This document shows, piece after piece, positions 1-13,900 of a stretch of DNA of 64,000 bases. The position numbers and the translations under genes were made by a program. The notes below the pieces were generated by a model. That model saw only the letters and a program-made list of their open reading frames with translations. It made no database searches and was not told the origin of the DNA. The first letter of the stretch is position 1; each line of letters opens with the position of its first letter. This DNA comes from Eledone cirrhosa (lineage: Eukaryota): assembly GCA_964016885.1 (NCBI GenBank), contig OZ024743.1, forward strand, positions 153,512,001-153,576,000, given 5' to 3'.

Positions 1-1717
1 GCGGGGTATTTGGTTTGGTTTGGTTGCTGTTTTCTTGTTGCTGCTATTGGATATATTTGGCTTGTTGGGTTTGCGATGTTGGTGTTTGTGGTGATGCTGG
101 TGGTGGTGTGGCTGTTGTTGGTGGTGATGCTTGTGGTGGTGATGGGGGTGACGTTGGTGCGAGTAGCCTTGCAGCCTTTACCCCTCTTTTTTGCCTTCAC
201 TTTTGGAGGGTGAAGCTAAGTGGTTCTTTCTTTTTTGTTTTTTGTGGCAGACCGTTTGCCACTTCACTCCCGGCTCAGACTCCATGTACGATTCCGTGGC
301 GTCTGGGAGGGGTATGTGCTCCACGGCTGTTGGTGGTGGTAGTGGAGCCTTCTCCACAGATTATGTTGCTGGTGCAGCTACTGCAAATGTAGCTACTGGC
401 GTTGCCGCCACTGCTGCTGCTGGTTTAGTTGTCCGTGGCCTTGGTATGAGTGCCACGGACGTTGCCCTCCTACTCACCCTGAAAGGATCTTCTGCCTTTG
501 TTGCCTGCCCTGCTCCTGGTAGCAGCAGACCAGGCATTGGAAGGAGGGGAGGCCTTCTTTTTCACTGTCTTATGTGGGCAAATGGCCCTGAGGTGACCCT
601 TTGACCCACAGAGATAGCATTTTGGGCGCCTTCTTTCCACGCTTGTAGGAAGTTGGAGTCCTTCTTCGAGGTCTATGATATCGGGGATAGCGTCAATACA
701 CTCCTGGTCAGTTTGTATTATCATTTGCATGCCTATACCTGACCAGTTCTCTCTCCTTATTTTCTCTACTCGCAGCATGGTCGTCCTGTCCGCGATTTCA
801 GCAAGGGCAGACGTGACCAGCCAAGGTATGGGCACGTCGGACAGGACCTGGGTCACTTTGACCCTCACAATTTTCTGCCCACACTAGGAGGGCACCAATA
901 CTATCTCTTCGCTCTTTAAGGTTACCAAAGAGTGAGACTTCGCCCCCTGGTGGGTGGCAAAAATTATGTCTACTGTGGCATATTTTTTTTGTTGGGTGAT
1001 GTGGGTTGTGCACGCCTTGACGCACCCCAAGGCCTTTTGGATTTGAGCCTCGGTGGCTCTCTCCACCCGATGTGATATTTTGTTTACAGTGCGGTAAATT
1101 ACCATCCGTAACTGCTGGTTCTTGAAATAATCGGGTGGAGGTTTCAGGGAGACTCGACTGGCCTTTCTTGTCACCATAGCCCTTGCGACTGCCATCTCCG
1201 CCTCCGTGACTAGCACTATTTCAAAATTTTGGGCCACACCTGCAAAAGAAGTGGCCCCTTTTTCAGTGGCACCACTATTGCTGCCGCTACTGCTGCCACT
1301 GGTCTTGCTGTTGAGGCTGAGATCGCGGTTACTGGTATTGATGTCATTGTTGCTGTTTTCATTGGTACTGTTGCTGCTGTTATTGTTGTAATTGTTGTTA
1401 TTTTCGTTGATACTGTTGCTGTCATTACTGTTGTTGTGGCTGTTGTTATTATTATTGTTTTCGTTGATACTGTTCCTACTGTTATTGTTGTTGTGGCTGT
1501 TGTTATTGTCATTGTCTTTCTCGACCTTATCTCTGTTATTTTTGCTGTTGTTGTTGTTATTGATGGTGTTAATGTTGGTATTGTTCGTGTTAGTACTATT
1601 TGGTATTTTTAAATCTGAAACAATATCATTAAAAATGATATTGTTTCTCTCTTCCTTCGTAATATTTACTTTCGTATTCACCTTCGTTAGAATGCTGTAT
1701 TGTTGACATATTGACAT
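1..1717 (-). pseudogene. Disrupted gag-like ORF1 of a non-LTR retrotransposon (CCHC zinc knuckle)
   Basis: ORFs 884..1717 and 470..868 are in frame, separated by one TAG. They contain CYLCGSKGHLRAICPH (CX2CX4HX4C). A downstream frame reads an Ala/Pro-rich tract then ...VKWQTVCHKKQKRK, typical of LINE ORF1 tails. The relic runs off the window edge. Confidence 0.6.
1330..1600. repeat. Degenerate (AAC/GTT)n low-complexity tract (Asn-rich in ORF1 frame)
   Basis: Imperfect GTT/ATT/GCT triplet repeats. Confidence 0.85.
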
Positions 1718-3490
1718 AGTCTCCCCCTCTCTGAGTTTTCTGACAGTGCTTTCTCTCTTTTTTTGTGTTATCTATGTTTGTACGAATTTTTTTCAAATAA
1801 ATTTTACATAATACGACACCCCTTAAAGGGGTACCGTATTATTTATGAATGAACCTGTAGTGACCTACATTCTGAGGGATCATGGTACATTCTCCATACG
1901 TTGATTAGCTCAGTTCAGCCAATCGCTACCAGCGTAGGGAGATGTATCTCGACTTCCATACAGAGGGAACAGTTCCCGCTTCTTTTCGATAAACATTCTC
2001 TCTTGCATCTCGACACCAGAAGGTAAACATCTCTTGATTTTCCTCAACAAACTTTCCAAAATGTAGCTACCGGAATTCTCCGCGCTGTGACTTCTAACTT
2101 CAACCACCGGTCGGCGTATTCCTTTTACAGCATCTTAATTTGTTTTATTTCATTTCTTATGACATGTCCTCACAGCTAACTCAACTTCTCATCTTTGTAA
2201 ATAAATTATATATAAAAAAAACGTTGTAATGCCTTATGATGATATTTGCCACAACATTCCCTTGGGTTGCTTCTTTGGTGACTTCAATCGATACTAATAC
2301 AATACACAAATATTAACATTCATAACACAACATATATCCATATATCTCTCTCTCTCTCTCCTATTAACTATCTACTAAATAACTATTTCTAAAAACCTCC
2401 TGGGTTAGATGGGTCACTTCTTCTAAACTATTATGCTTTGAAATACCAAGTTGAGAACTTGAGTGGGATATCCACTCTCAATGAGGGTAGGTGGAGTCTC
2501 CCTGAGCCATGGTTGCAGTCAACCTAGTGATAGTGTTGTGATAGAAAAACTGGTAGTTGCACAACCTCACAAACGCAAAATCTCTTAGTGAAATGTAAAA
2601 TCAAAGTATACAAAATAATTGTGTAAATGGGACTCGAACGCTTATGGTGACGGTGTCTCATCTGATAATCTCAGTGTACCTGGTCTCATTGGATGCTGGT
2701 CGACATCCTTCAATGGATAAAAAAATGGGAAGAAAGAAGTGGGAGATAGCAGTAAACAAGGTTGTAATAGAATGTTGGGTTAGAAGTGACCCTACAACTT
2801 GATGGTACCCAAAACAAACATGGGATAAAAGGGGACTATTTTTGGCTAGTGAACAGAGAATAGCAGACCAGGCAAGAATGATTTGAATGAATGGATGACT
2901 GAAGAATATAGAACTTGATGAAATGAAATGACATTGCTATACTACCAATGCATATGAGCGACAGGAGTAATTTGAATGTGTTGAGATTGTAGACAAAAGA
3001 ATCAAAATATACTGAAGAAAGGGAAGCTGTTAGGCATTGTTCTCTTCCAGAATATGATGACCTTGTGCTACAAAGAGCACATGTTAAAGGATTCAGTGAG
3101 GATGAAAAGCAGTTGTGAAAGATGTGTTCAACAATATCAGAAACAATTCAGTTAAGGTTCCACCAATTTTACAATATATTGAAAGGAAGAAAATTAAAGC
3201 AGCAGCAGTTAATTAACTAAAATTATCACTATTATCCCTACAGAAAGTATGAAAAATACAAATACATTAATATGAACAGCAGCCAATAGTGTTACAGATA
3301 TGGTTGAGTATTAGAAAAGCGAGAGTGCTGAAAAGAGAGAACTATATGGGAGAAAGAAAATTTTGGAGAAGAAGCAAAGGAAATTACATAAAGATTTAGG
3401 ACGAAAAGGAATGAACTCAGCAATAAAGAGGTCAAGGAAAGGCTTAAAAGAATCTATCATGTTCAACAAAAAGATGTTGAGGTTATACAA

Positions 3491-4750
3491 ATGCTGAAAG
3501 CATCTGGAAAGGTGGGGCACACTATGGTCACCCGGATAGTAAACCAAGTCATACAGAATGGGGTCATACCAAAGGACTGGTGTAGCAGCATCATTATTAA
3601 TGGCTACAAGGGTAAAGGAGATGCCCTAGATAGGGGAAACTATAGAGGCATTAAAGTAATTGACCAGGTCATGAAGGTCACAGAAAAAGTTATAGCGCAA
3701 CTAATCAGAGAACGTATTGAGCTAGATGAAATGCAGTTCGGGTTTGTGTCAGGTAAAAGTACCACAGACGCTCTTTTCCTCGTACGACAACTACAGGAGA
3801 AGTACCTAGCTAAAAGTAAACCCCTAAACTTAGCTTTTGTTGACTTGGAAAAAGCCTTTGACAGAATCCCCTGCTCCATTATCAGGTGGGCTCTCAGAAA
3901 ACTAGGTGTCGACGAATGGCTTGTGAGAGCTATACAAGCCATGTATAAAGAAACAGTCAGTAAGGTTAGAATTAACAACGAATATAGTGAAGAGTTTAGC
4001 GTAAAAGTTGGTGTTCATCAGGGCTCTGTCCTTAGCCCCCTCCTATTTATTATTGCCCTTCAGGCTATAACAGAAGAGTTCAAGACGGGCTGCCAATGGG
4101 AACTTCTATATGCAGATGACCTAATGCTCATAGCTGAATCGATGGCTGAGCTAGAGAAGAAATTCAAAACATGGAAGCATGGCCTAGAATCAAAAGGTCT
4201 TAAAATTAACTTGTCTAAGACTAAAGTGCTAGTATGTAGGAAGGAAAATAGGGCACTGGTCCCCTCTGGGAAATGGCTATGCTCAGTGCGTAGGAAAGGA
4301 GTAGGCAGAAACTCAATTTTATGTCCCAAATGCAAAGTATGGGTGCATAAAAGATGTAGTGAGATCACAGGTAAGCTAACTAAGAACAGATTTTATATGT
4401 GGCCGTTGCTCAGATGCAATAGTAGCAAGTGCCCACAGGATACTAGCTCCTTCAATTGCCCAGATGGTTCTACAGAAATAGTGGATACCTTCCGTTATCT
4501 GGGTGACAAAATCAGCAGTGGTGGAGGGTGCTCTGAAAGTACAGTAGCTAGAAACAGAACGGGATGGAAAAAGTTCAGAGAGCTTATACCACTATTGGCC
4601 GCTAAAGGTTTCTCTCTAAAAATGAAAGGCAGACTGCATGATGCCTGCATACGAACAGCAATGTTACATGGCAGTGAGACATTGTGTGCAGAGGGTCTCC
4701 ACAGACTGGAGAGAAACGAAGCTTTCATGCTCCGTTGGATGCTCCGTTGA
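3491..4750 (+). pseudogene. RTE reverse transcriptase fragment (419 aa, no endonuclease, frameshifted C-terminus)
   Basis: ORF track; canonical non-LTR RT motifs including YADD. Confidence 0.85.
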
Positions 4751-5433
4751 ACGGCAAAGCATAAATGAACTATGTGAGAAATTAGGAATAAGAGGGATCA
4801 GATGCTGTTTACTCGACAGAAGACTACGTTGGTATGGTCACGTGATACGCATGAAAGACGACAGCTGTATAAAAATGTGCAGGGCGATCAAAATAGACGG
4901 AAGTTACGGAGTAGGCAGACCCAGAAAAACCTGGGACAATTCGATAAATTGCGACCTTACACACTTACACCTCTCCAAGACAATGTCACTGGACCGATAT
5001 CTTTGGCGCAACACAGTAATACAGAAGACCCGCCTTGCCTAAGTACAAAGTGAAACCTACAGTCAGTAGGCACCTCTTAAACAAAATACACCCACGCCCC
5101 ACTACCCCTACCCCACCGCCATCTACACCACGCCTTTCGATGTAAAGCTATGTTGATACCACAACATCCAGTCCTAAATAAATGAGGTTGTGTAGGTGTC
5201 ACGACAAAAAGAATGCACACACAGTCCATGCTGTAATGTGGCCGTGTAGGTAACACGGTAAAAGCCTCCCTGTCCACACTGCAAACGTGGTTGGTGTTAG
5301 GAAGGTCATCCAGCCGTAGAAAACCTGCCAGACAGTCCTACACTAGCAAGACAACCAATCTTGCCTCAAGTGGGACAATTCCCGTCTAAACCCATGCTAG
5401 GGTGGAAGATAGACGTTAAACGATGATGATGAT
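3491..5433 (+). mobile_element. 5'-truncated RTE-clade LINE with (GAT)n tail
   Basis: RT motifs NYRGIK, QFGF, FVDLEKAFDRI, GVHQGSVLSPLLF, YADD, an internal Cys-rich insert, then RRLRWYGHV and GRPRKTW (frameshifted ORF 4638..5042). The 3'UTR ends GACGTTAAACGATGATGATGAT. Confidence 0.92.
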
Positions 5434-8400
5434 GAAGTACAACAACGGCTGATTGCTGTAGGTGCAAAAATCGAAACATATTACTACATAATAAAGCAGT
5501 CTACACAGAACCACCTATTTGAATCAAATCAGAAAAAAATGTTGTTTGATGAATAGGAGGGACAAGAAGGAGAAGCTGTTGTGCCTAATTTCAGGAGTGA
5601 GCAGGCTATTTTGGAGTGAAATATGGGATCAGCCAGTAAGACATAAGAATGCAGATTGGTTGAAAAAAATTAAGGTAGAATTAAATGACATAGAGATGCA
5701 AGAACATGTACAGATTGATTTGGGAAATGTGAAGAAACATATCACAAGAATGCATAACTGGAAAAGCCCAAGACCAGATGGTGTTCAAGGATTAAGAACC
5801 TGACATCAATGCACAGTCAAATAGCAAATCAACTTGATGGATTTCTCCAGGAAAATAGAGTGCCGACATGGATGGTAAATGGAAGGACATTACTGTGTGT
5901 GAAAGAAATATGGTATCCAATTATAGACTGATCACTTGTCTACCTCTGTTATGGAAACTATTAACAGGTGTATTAGCTGGAGAATTGTACAGATATTTGG
6001 GAGAGATAAATGTGTTGGGAGCAGAAAGGATGCAGAAAAAGAAGTAGAGGCACCAAGGATCAATTACTGATCAAGAAATTGAAAGTGAAGAATTTTAAGA
6101 GGAGATTAACATCATTGGGAGTTGCATGGGTATATTATCACAAAGTGTATGATATGGGGCCTCACAGTTGGATTGAAAAATCAATGGAAATATTTGGAGT
6201 GGCAGTAAATAAGAGACAGTTCATTGAGGAGAGTATGAAACAGTGGAATTAGTCACTGGCAATGAAAAGTTAGATGTGAAACTAAGACATGGGATATTTC
6301 AAGGAGAGAATTTGTCACCATTGTTGTTTGTGGTAGTGATAATTTCACTGACAAAGATGTTAAAAAAAAATATATTATATGAACTAAAGATGGGACGAGA
6401 GAGGGTCAATCACCTTCTCTTCGTAGATGATCTTAAATTGTTTGCAAAAAATGAAGATCAAATAAACAGCTTCGTAAATGCCGTTAGGATATTTTCAGAT
6501 GATATCAAGATAGAATTTGGATTGTCAAAATGCATTATGTTGGTTATGAAGGAGCGGACACTCTCCGACAGCTTTGCAGTCAAGCACATAGCAGTGGAGA
6601 CTTCTAGTGTTCTTGAACTTAGAGCAGCTTCTCTACTCCCCACCATCAGAATGGAGTTGGCTATCTGCAGGTGTAAGCCATGCAAGCTGGATTGGTTCTA
6701 CCTACGTGTCTCCCCCATTCTCCTCTGGGGAAATGCCTTTTCTATTTTGTCTGCCAGGACAATCGGGTGGGCATCACATTGGGTTCCTATTTGCATAGTG
6801 AGAGATGAAGAGTGCAAGAGAGTGGGGGCTGTGAGTGAAATAGAGAGAACATCAATGCGCACACTCAACTGATAAGACAACCCCTCAAAGAAGGAATGAA
6901 ATCTTATTGGAAAAGTTGTTAGGAGAGAAAGAATTGTATTGCTAGATGGTAACATGATGAAATGCATTTAAGAAGGAAATGAATATAGATATCTTGAAAT
7001 ATTGGCAGCAGATGGAATAAAACATGAAGAGATGAAGGATCTGGTAAGCAAAGAGTATTATGATGATTGAAGAGAATATTAAAATCAAAACTCAACGGTG
7101 GGAATATTATTTCTGCTATCAACTCAAGAACAGTGTCTATCATTAGATATGGAGCTGGACGAAGGCAGAATTGGAGGCTTTATATTGAAAAATGAGGAAG
7201 CTGCTAATGATATATGGAGCACATCACCCCAAGGCTGATTTGGACCGATTATATATGAAAAGAGCAAATGGAGGCTGAGTTTTGATTGGGATAGAAGACG
7301 GTGTTAGAATAGAAACAAATGGGTTAGGGCAATATTTACGTGCATCCAGAGGGAAGTGAATAGAGCAGATTTGTTTGGAATTAACACTGGTAGCAAACGT
7401 AGAGAAGAGGTACGGAATGAACATGAAACTACATATGAGGGCACGGCAATACACAGGTAGTTCAGAAAAGCAATAGATGAATTAAGAGGAATAAAATCAT
7501 GCGATTGGCTAAAGAAGGGGTATCTGAAAAAGGAAGCAGAGACCACAATAATTACAGCCCCAAATCAGGCAATTTGCATGAATAACATTAGAAAATCAGT
7601 ATATGGAAATATATCACCTCTGTGTCGATTGTGTGGTGGTGCAGTTGAAATAGTAGCACACATTGTCTTAGAGTGTTCAAAACTTGCTGAAAATGAATAT
7701 AAGAAGGTGAGACATGATAATGACACCAAAGTAATCAACCAGAAACTGTGTGACAAGTGAGAATTTGACAAGTTAGACAACAGGCGAAAGTATTGAGGTT
7801 TGTATGGGATTTACCCATACAGACTGATGAATGGCTTGATCATAATAGACCCGACATCACTGTAATCGAAAATAAAAACAAAACGTTTTAGTTGATAAAC
7901 ACAACTAGGCCATTTGATACTCACATAGAAGAAAAAGATAAAAAGTTTCATAAACATCAGCCCCTTGAAATACGAAATTTCAAGAATGTAGAAAACGAAA
8001 TAGGGAGAGGTGATACCAACAATTGTTGGCACATTAGGGACAATCACAAAACATTTTGATAAATTGATGTAAAAATTAAAATTGAATCTTACAGTGGAAA
8101 ATGGAAGGTAATGAATACAAACTGGAAAGAAGGAAACAACATTATGATAACTAAGATGACTGGATGTAGTCGGCTATCTTGACTAAACTAGGAATTAAAA
8201 TCAATCCAGAAAGGGGACATACAAAAATGATATAAATATAAAGTTCTAAGAACTCTGACGAAATTAACATGTGGATTTCTTTGGCAAAAATCATTTACAG
8301 AACTTTATAAATTTAGATAAACTAGCCTGATACATTTCTTACATTTCTTATGGATGTAGAAAATTAACTGTGAAAACAATTTGTTCTTTCATGACTTAGT

Positions 8401-9810
8401 TGAATATTCTAATTGCTTCCATGGCATTAATGATGTATAATAACTCTATGCTTAAAATATAATGGTGAGATGTACGTTGAGAGGTGCTATGCACCATTTA
8501 AGATGTACTTCAGGTTTTATAATTTTCACATCTTTCTACATTTGTGGTGTATTTGCATACCCTGGTAATCTCCCACTAGCCCTACCTATTCATACACATG
8601 CACTTGTACCTATGTCCATTTATGCACGTCCATACATACATATGCATATTCATACATATATCTATGTGCCTATCTTTATGCATCCATACATCTGTGTCCT
8701 CTAATGTTTCAAGACATCCACACAATTATACATGCATTCATATTCGTATCTGTTGAAATTATTTTGTCATCAAATGGGGAGCTGTTTCTCTTTCTTTCAT
8801 GCTGTCTATTTAGGTTTTATTTCCTCTACATGGATGGCTTTTTTGATATGTCTTAGTATTGCAACATCTTGATGTGTGGAGAAGATCTGCACTTAAATGC
8901 TCTCTAGTGAACCAATACTCTTTAGTTTGGCATGTCAGTAGAGCACTGATAAGTTTTTCTTTTCTTTGATCACTTGGCCAGTGTTTCTATATTCTTACCC
9001 TTACACTATGCCATGTTTATTATATGTACATGTGGGGATGTTCCTACACTGGACCTCTGTGTATCTTATACTCTATACTACATTTCTAGTTCTACAATTT
9101 ACCGATGGGCTTGCCTTGAAGGCTATGCAATTTCTATTAGCACAGTTTTTTTTCCTAAAAGAGTAAGTCCTACTAATGGGGAATTTAATATAAATACCTT
9201 GTTTTATATTCCCTTAATTTTAAGTTTCAGTTTATCTAACAGACTTAGGGTAGCATCTGTGAGCATCAAACACTGGTACTTTTTGTTATCATATCAAGTG
9301 TTGAACATGTATATATATTTTCTTTATCCTCTTTATTCTATTCCAAGTCTTGGTCCTACATATGGGGCATACTCCATATCCATCGTTGTCGATGACAATT
9401 TTAACCTTTGTCAAGGCTCTCTTGTGCACTCAAATTGTGTCCTTCTGATTGTAATAAGAAAACTGCATTCTGTGGATGAAGTGCTGTGTCTATCTTTTTA
9501 GTTTAGTGAGATTGCACACCTGAGACATATTCTTTTTCCACTTTACAAGATCTGCTATTAGTATGTTTATTTATATTGCACAGTTATTCATTTATTGATT
9601 CCCCACAATTCAAAAGCATAATTGACTCTTTATGAATTTAAACTGAGGGCACAGAAAGTTAAAATAATAACCACAAAGCATTCTTTTCCAGCACCCTAAC
9701 TACTAAGCTAATTTTCTGCAGTATGAAATGGATGCAGACTAGATGTTGAACAAGTGAATAGCATTTTGAAACAGAGCAAAGCAATGACACCTTTATTTAA
9801 TGAAAAAAAA

Positions 9811-9841
<31 letters not shown>

Positions 9842-10149
9842 TAAAGTGACAAACATAGTGCTCAGTCTCAGATAGCTTTTAATTTTTTGATTTAAAATTG
9901 GCATGAATATGCTCTTCCAATTGACACAGTACCTTGTTCAATGCTTAGTGGAAGATGCAATATCACTAATGAGAAAGAAAGAACATTCATTATATAGAAA
10001 GATAAAAGAAACTAAAGAGAATATGCACAGAACTTATATATTAAACACTGAAATGGTAACTACAGACAAGCTGATAAAATATGCTCCTTTCTGAAATTAT
10101 ACCCACCTATGAAGAAACAAAAAAAGAGGAAAAAACATGTAACAGGTGG

Positions 10150-11830
10150 CCTATTTGTGTATTCACAGAATTATACTTCAAAACGTGAAACGTAGAAGGA
10201 AGAACCTAGTAATAAAAAGGATTCTTTACTAAAAATCATATGATCTAATTCTCCATTCCTCAACTCTTGAATGCTTTAAAACAGTTGCTTTCAGATTTGC
10301 AATACAATTCGACATGCAAATAATTTTGTTGGTCATTAAGACCAACAAAATTATTTGCATGTCGAATTGATATGTGGCCAAATGTCATTAGGTAATATTG
10401 AGATTAAATAGATATTTCTCTTGGAGATTCATTATCCTCACTTCTATTTAAACTTGCTTTGATCCCTTTGTATTATAGATGGAGAAGAAATAGACTAGAG
10501 GGAACATCTAAATAAGATCAATGAGGGAATTAACCATTTAATATTCATAGGGGACATCAAAAGTTACTGCTAAAGTGGGAAGTTAGATTCTTTGATACAG
10601 TCTGTAAAAATTTCAAAACATAATTGGAATGCATTTGGTATTGAAATGTGTCCTGTATTTATAAAGAAATGAGGAAATTGGTAATGTCTGAGCAAATCAT
10701 TCTTCCAGATAACAAGCCAATAAGATCAGTGAAGCAGGGTGAGAGAAATAGTTATTTGGATGTGGTTCAGGAAGATGAACTTAATCGGAAGGAAACAAAA
10801 GGAATAATTAGTGAAGAATACACATGTGAGAAAATCTTTGAAATCAACGTAAGTGGGAGGAACATGATAAAGAAATCGACACATCAGCAATAGAAGTACT
10901 TTGATATTTTGCAGTCTTTCTTCACTGGATAAAACATGAACGTGGGGTGGGGGCAAATATACAAGAAAGTTACTAATAATGCATAATGGATTACAAACAC
11001 AAAATTGTTTGTAAATTCATGTATGAAAGATGGATGCAGATACAGTAGACTTGGCAATTATATCACTAGTATGTTTGTATTGTAACTAGGGAGATCAATC
11101 ACAAAAAAACATGGAAGAATAAAAAGGTTGTAAACAAAAAAAGGAGAACAAAATCGGAAAATATAGCCAGTTTCTGAAACACACACAGATATAAAAGAAT
11201 AATGGAAGAAGCAGAAATATGTAGGACAATAGGGATGAAACAGAAACTCTGATCATGACTATGTAAGCAGAAACAAATAGAACAAACATTATTAAAGAAA
11301 AATAGCAGTTTTAACAAAAACAGTCAATTTTAAATGTTTGGTAGAGTAGACAAACATTTGAAGCATATAGTGTGTAGATATAACAAAATGAAATAGAAAT
11401 TGAAATAAGAAAAGACAGGAAAAGTATATGCTATAAGGTTAATAGATTGATTGGTTTCTAAATGGAAGGAAAATGTTGCTTATTCTAGCCAGAAGATACT
11501 ATTGAAAATGACAGTTGCAAGATTCTATGGTATTGTCTGTACAATAAATAAAAAAGAGAAAACATATGTAAGAGTATAGATGTTGCTATGCTAAACTGAA
11601 AGAAAGAAAACATTTAGAAGAATATCAGAACTTGAATAGAGAACTGAAAAATGTGGGTATATAAGTGAAAGTTATTGTTAGCATTAGAATTATGAGAGCA
11701 ACACCACCACAGCCATTCCAGAAACTGAACAACATATAATTGAGACTTGAATAGATGAGATGAAGAAGTCTGTCAACCTCTATACTACAAATATCTTGCA
11801 ATATATTTGAGAGTTTGAAAGACATATCAG
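10150..11830 (+). mobile_element. Second, more decayed R4/Dong-like LINE fragment
   Basis: GDSLSSLLF..ALIPL (~10425), INHLIFIGDIK (~10530), and EQIILPD...YLDVVQED...GRNMIK parallel the RT region of the element at 6240-7150. Confidence 0.65.
10305..10369. repeat. Perfect inverted repeat, 30-bp arms, 5-nt spacer
   Basis: CAATTCGACATGCAAATAATTTTGTTGGTC-ATTAA-GACCAACAAAATTATTTGCATGTCGAATTG. Confidence 0.95.
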
Positions 11831-11849
11831 TAAATCACAAAACACGATT

Positions 11850-12060
11850 ACCATCATTATATTCATTTTACATCTATTTTCCTTGCTGTTATGGATTTGA
11901 ATAGTCGCCATGTTGTAGGACTAAAATTGTTGCAGAATTATGTCATGTTCGTACGGTCCATTTTAGTAGGGCTTCTGTAATTAGATGCCCTTCCAAATTC
12001 CAACTACTTTACAGAGAATATTTGGTGCATTTTATTGTGGCACCAGCACTAACACTTAGC
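11850..12060 (-). mobile_element. Old SINE/RTE 3'-tail fragment
   Basis: GATGCCCTTCCAAATTCCAACTACTTTACAG resembles the RTE 3'UTR motif GGATGCCCTTCCTAACACCAACC..TTTACAG. A similar piece lies at ~20575-20830. Confidence 0.55.
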
Positions 12061-13404
12061 ATATGCAACTCTGTAATGGGTACATGAAATGAATATAAAT
12101 GTAGAGGAACAATAATGTCAAGTAACTCCCGTACTTCATTGTTATTTATTTACTGACATCAAAAGGGTGAAATACAAAGATAAGAAAGTAAGAAATACAC
12201 ATAGAATATAAAGTGAAGTACTCCAAACAAATTCTTGAGCTGTAGTGTACCTGCAACTATAGTAATAATTATTTCTAATATTGACATGGAGATACGAGTT
12301 TAAGGTGAGAAGTATAGTTTATTTGACTGGTTCTATTGTTTGATTGATGTTTAAGTTACTGACCACAGGAAATCTAACTAAGAGGATTTTATCTTTAGAC
12401 ATAAAGGCACTTTGTTGTTTCTACTATTTGCTGCCTTAAAAAATAATAATTACCTAATAAAACAATACAAATACATACTCGGCACAGTCATTGCCCATTC
12501 AAATAAAACTACATACACAACAAAGATTCTATACAATCACCACTCAATAAAACAACACTGCACTTATCTTAGAAAATCATTGCCCAGGAAAATAATTACA
12601 TAAGCAACAGTTAATAATATAAAAACCCATAAAACTCACTTTCTACACAATTGTCACCCAATTATATGAATCAACTCCCACAATCCTCATAGATAAAAAA
12701 TGCATCATGCATAGCACATACGAAATGCAATTGGCACTCCAAAATTTAACAGCTCATATTGCATGTATACTACACAACAGATTAAAGCAACACCAGAGGC
12801 AATGAAACAAGCTCATACAGTAAAAGGAAACAAATACATTAAACAAATACAATTCTACCCATGAAAAAGACAATGCTGTACATGATTTAGGGAGACAGTG
12901 GTGCATATGTAAATGCCATAGACACTAGCATAAAACTGTTGAAATCTTGATAATGAGTTATAATTATGATAATTAGTATTATTGTTAATATAAAATTCTC
13001 ATTTTGGCTATTATCATTGTATATACAGCAGGCATCATCCCATGAACCATCATTAGCATTAAAAAAACATCCGTTTTACAAACACTACAACAATTGCTAA
13101 CATTAACACAGTCACCTTGAAGCCCACTAATGCCACTCTTGCCACTGATACTGCCTTCAACAATGTTTTTAGCATTAGCCATCAATAATTTACTCTCCAG
13201 GACAAAGTCATGTGTCTTGTTCTATAGGATAATAAAAGATCAGAGAAATATTCTTTTCTAAAAGACTGACAAGCTGAGAATATAAGAGAGAGAAATACAC
13301 ACAAAGGAGAGAAGAACATATGAAACACAATACAAGGGAAAAAAAGAAAGAAAAAGCAAAACAGTTCCTAATAAATCACTGATAAATCTCCTGCTGCAAG
13401 GTGC

Positions 13405-13520
13405 ATGTGTATGTGTATGTGTGTGTGTGTATATTATACATCCATAAACACACACACACACCTATATATATATATGTGTGTGTGTGTGTGTATATATGAA
13501 TACATACATGAATAAATAGA

Positions 13521-13615
<95 letters not shown>

Positions 13616-13900
13616 ATAAATAAATATATAACTTCACTAATAAATACTCAGAGTTTACAATATTCTCTGATGTGTTTTATCCGACATGCTCACATGCAAA
13701 CATACATGAAAATGTGTATAACTACAGAGTATGTTTATTTATGTACCAGCAATATATATATATATATAAATAGATATAGACATTATACATGTGTGTATAT
13801 ATATATATATGTATATATATGTGTCTGTATGTATGTATGTATGAATGTATGTATGTATGTATGCATATATATAGTTCCAATAATGCTTTATATATATGGA
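13405..13900. repeat. (TA)n/(TG)n/(TATG)n microsatellite cluster
   Basis: Direct reading. Confidence 0.95.

Larger units (their letters stand above)
2620..8150 (+). mobile_element. Decayed R4/Dong-type non-LTR retrotransposon (RT + CCHC + restriction-like endonuclease), interrupted by two insertions
   Basis: Fragmentary motifs in order: EQRIADQAR (~2850), [79 protein letters not shown]...RHD, RPDITVI. Many stops and frameshifts. Confidence 0.85.

Noticed and set aside
10-1706. Hydrophobic Leu/Val-rich ORFs on the + strand that look like membrane proteins
   Set aside because: They are antisense readings of the low-complexity ORF1 relic.
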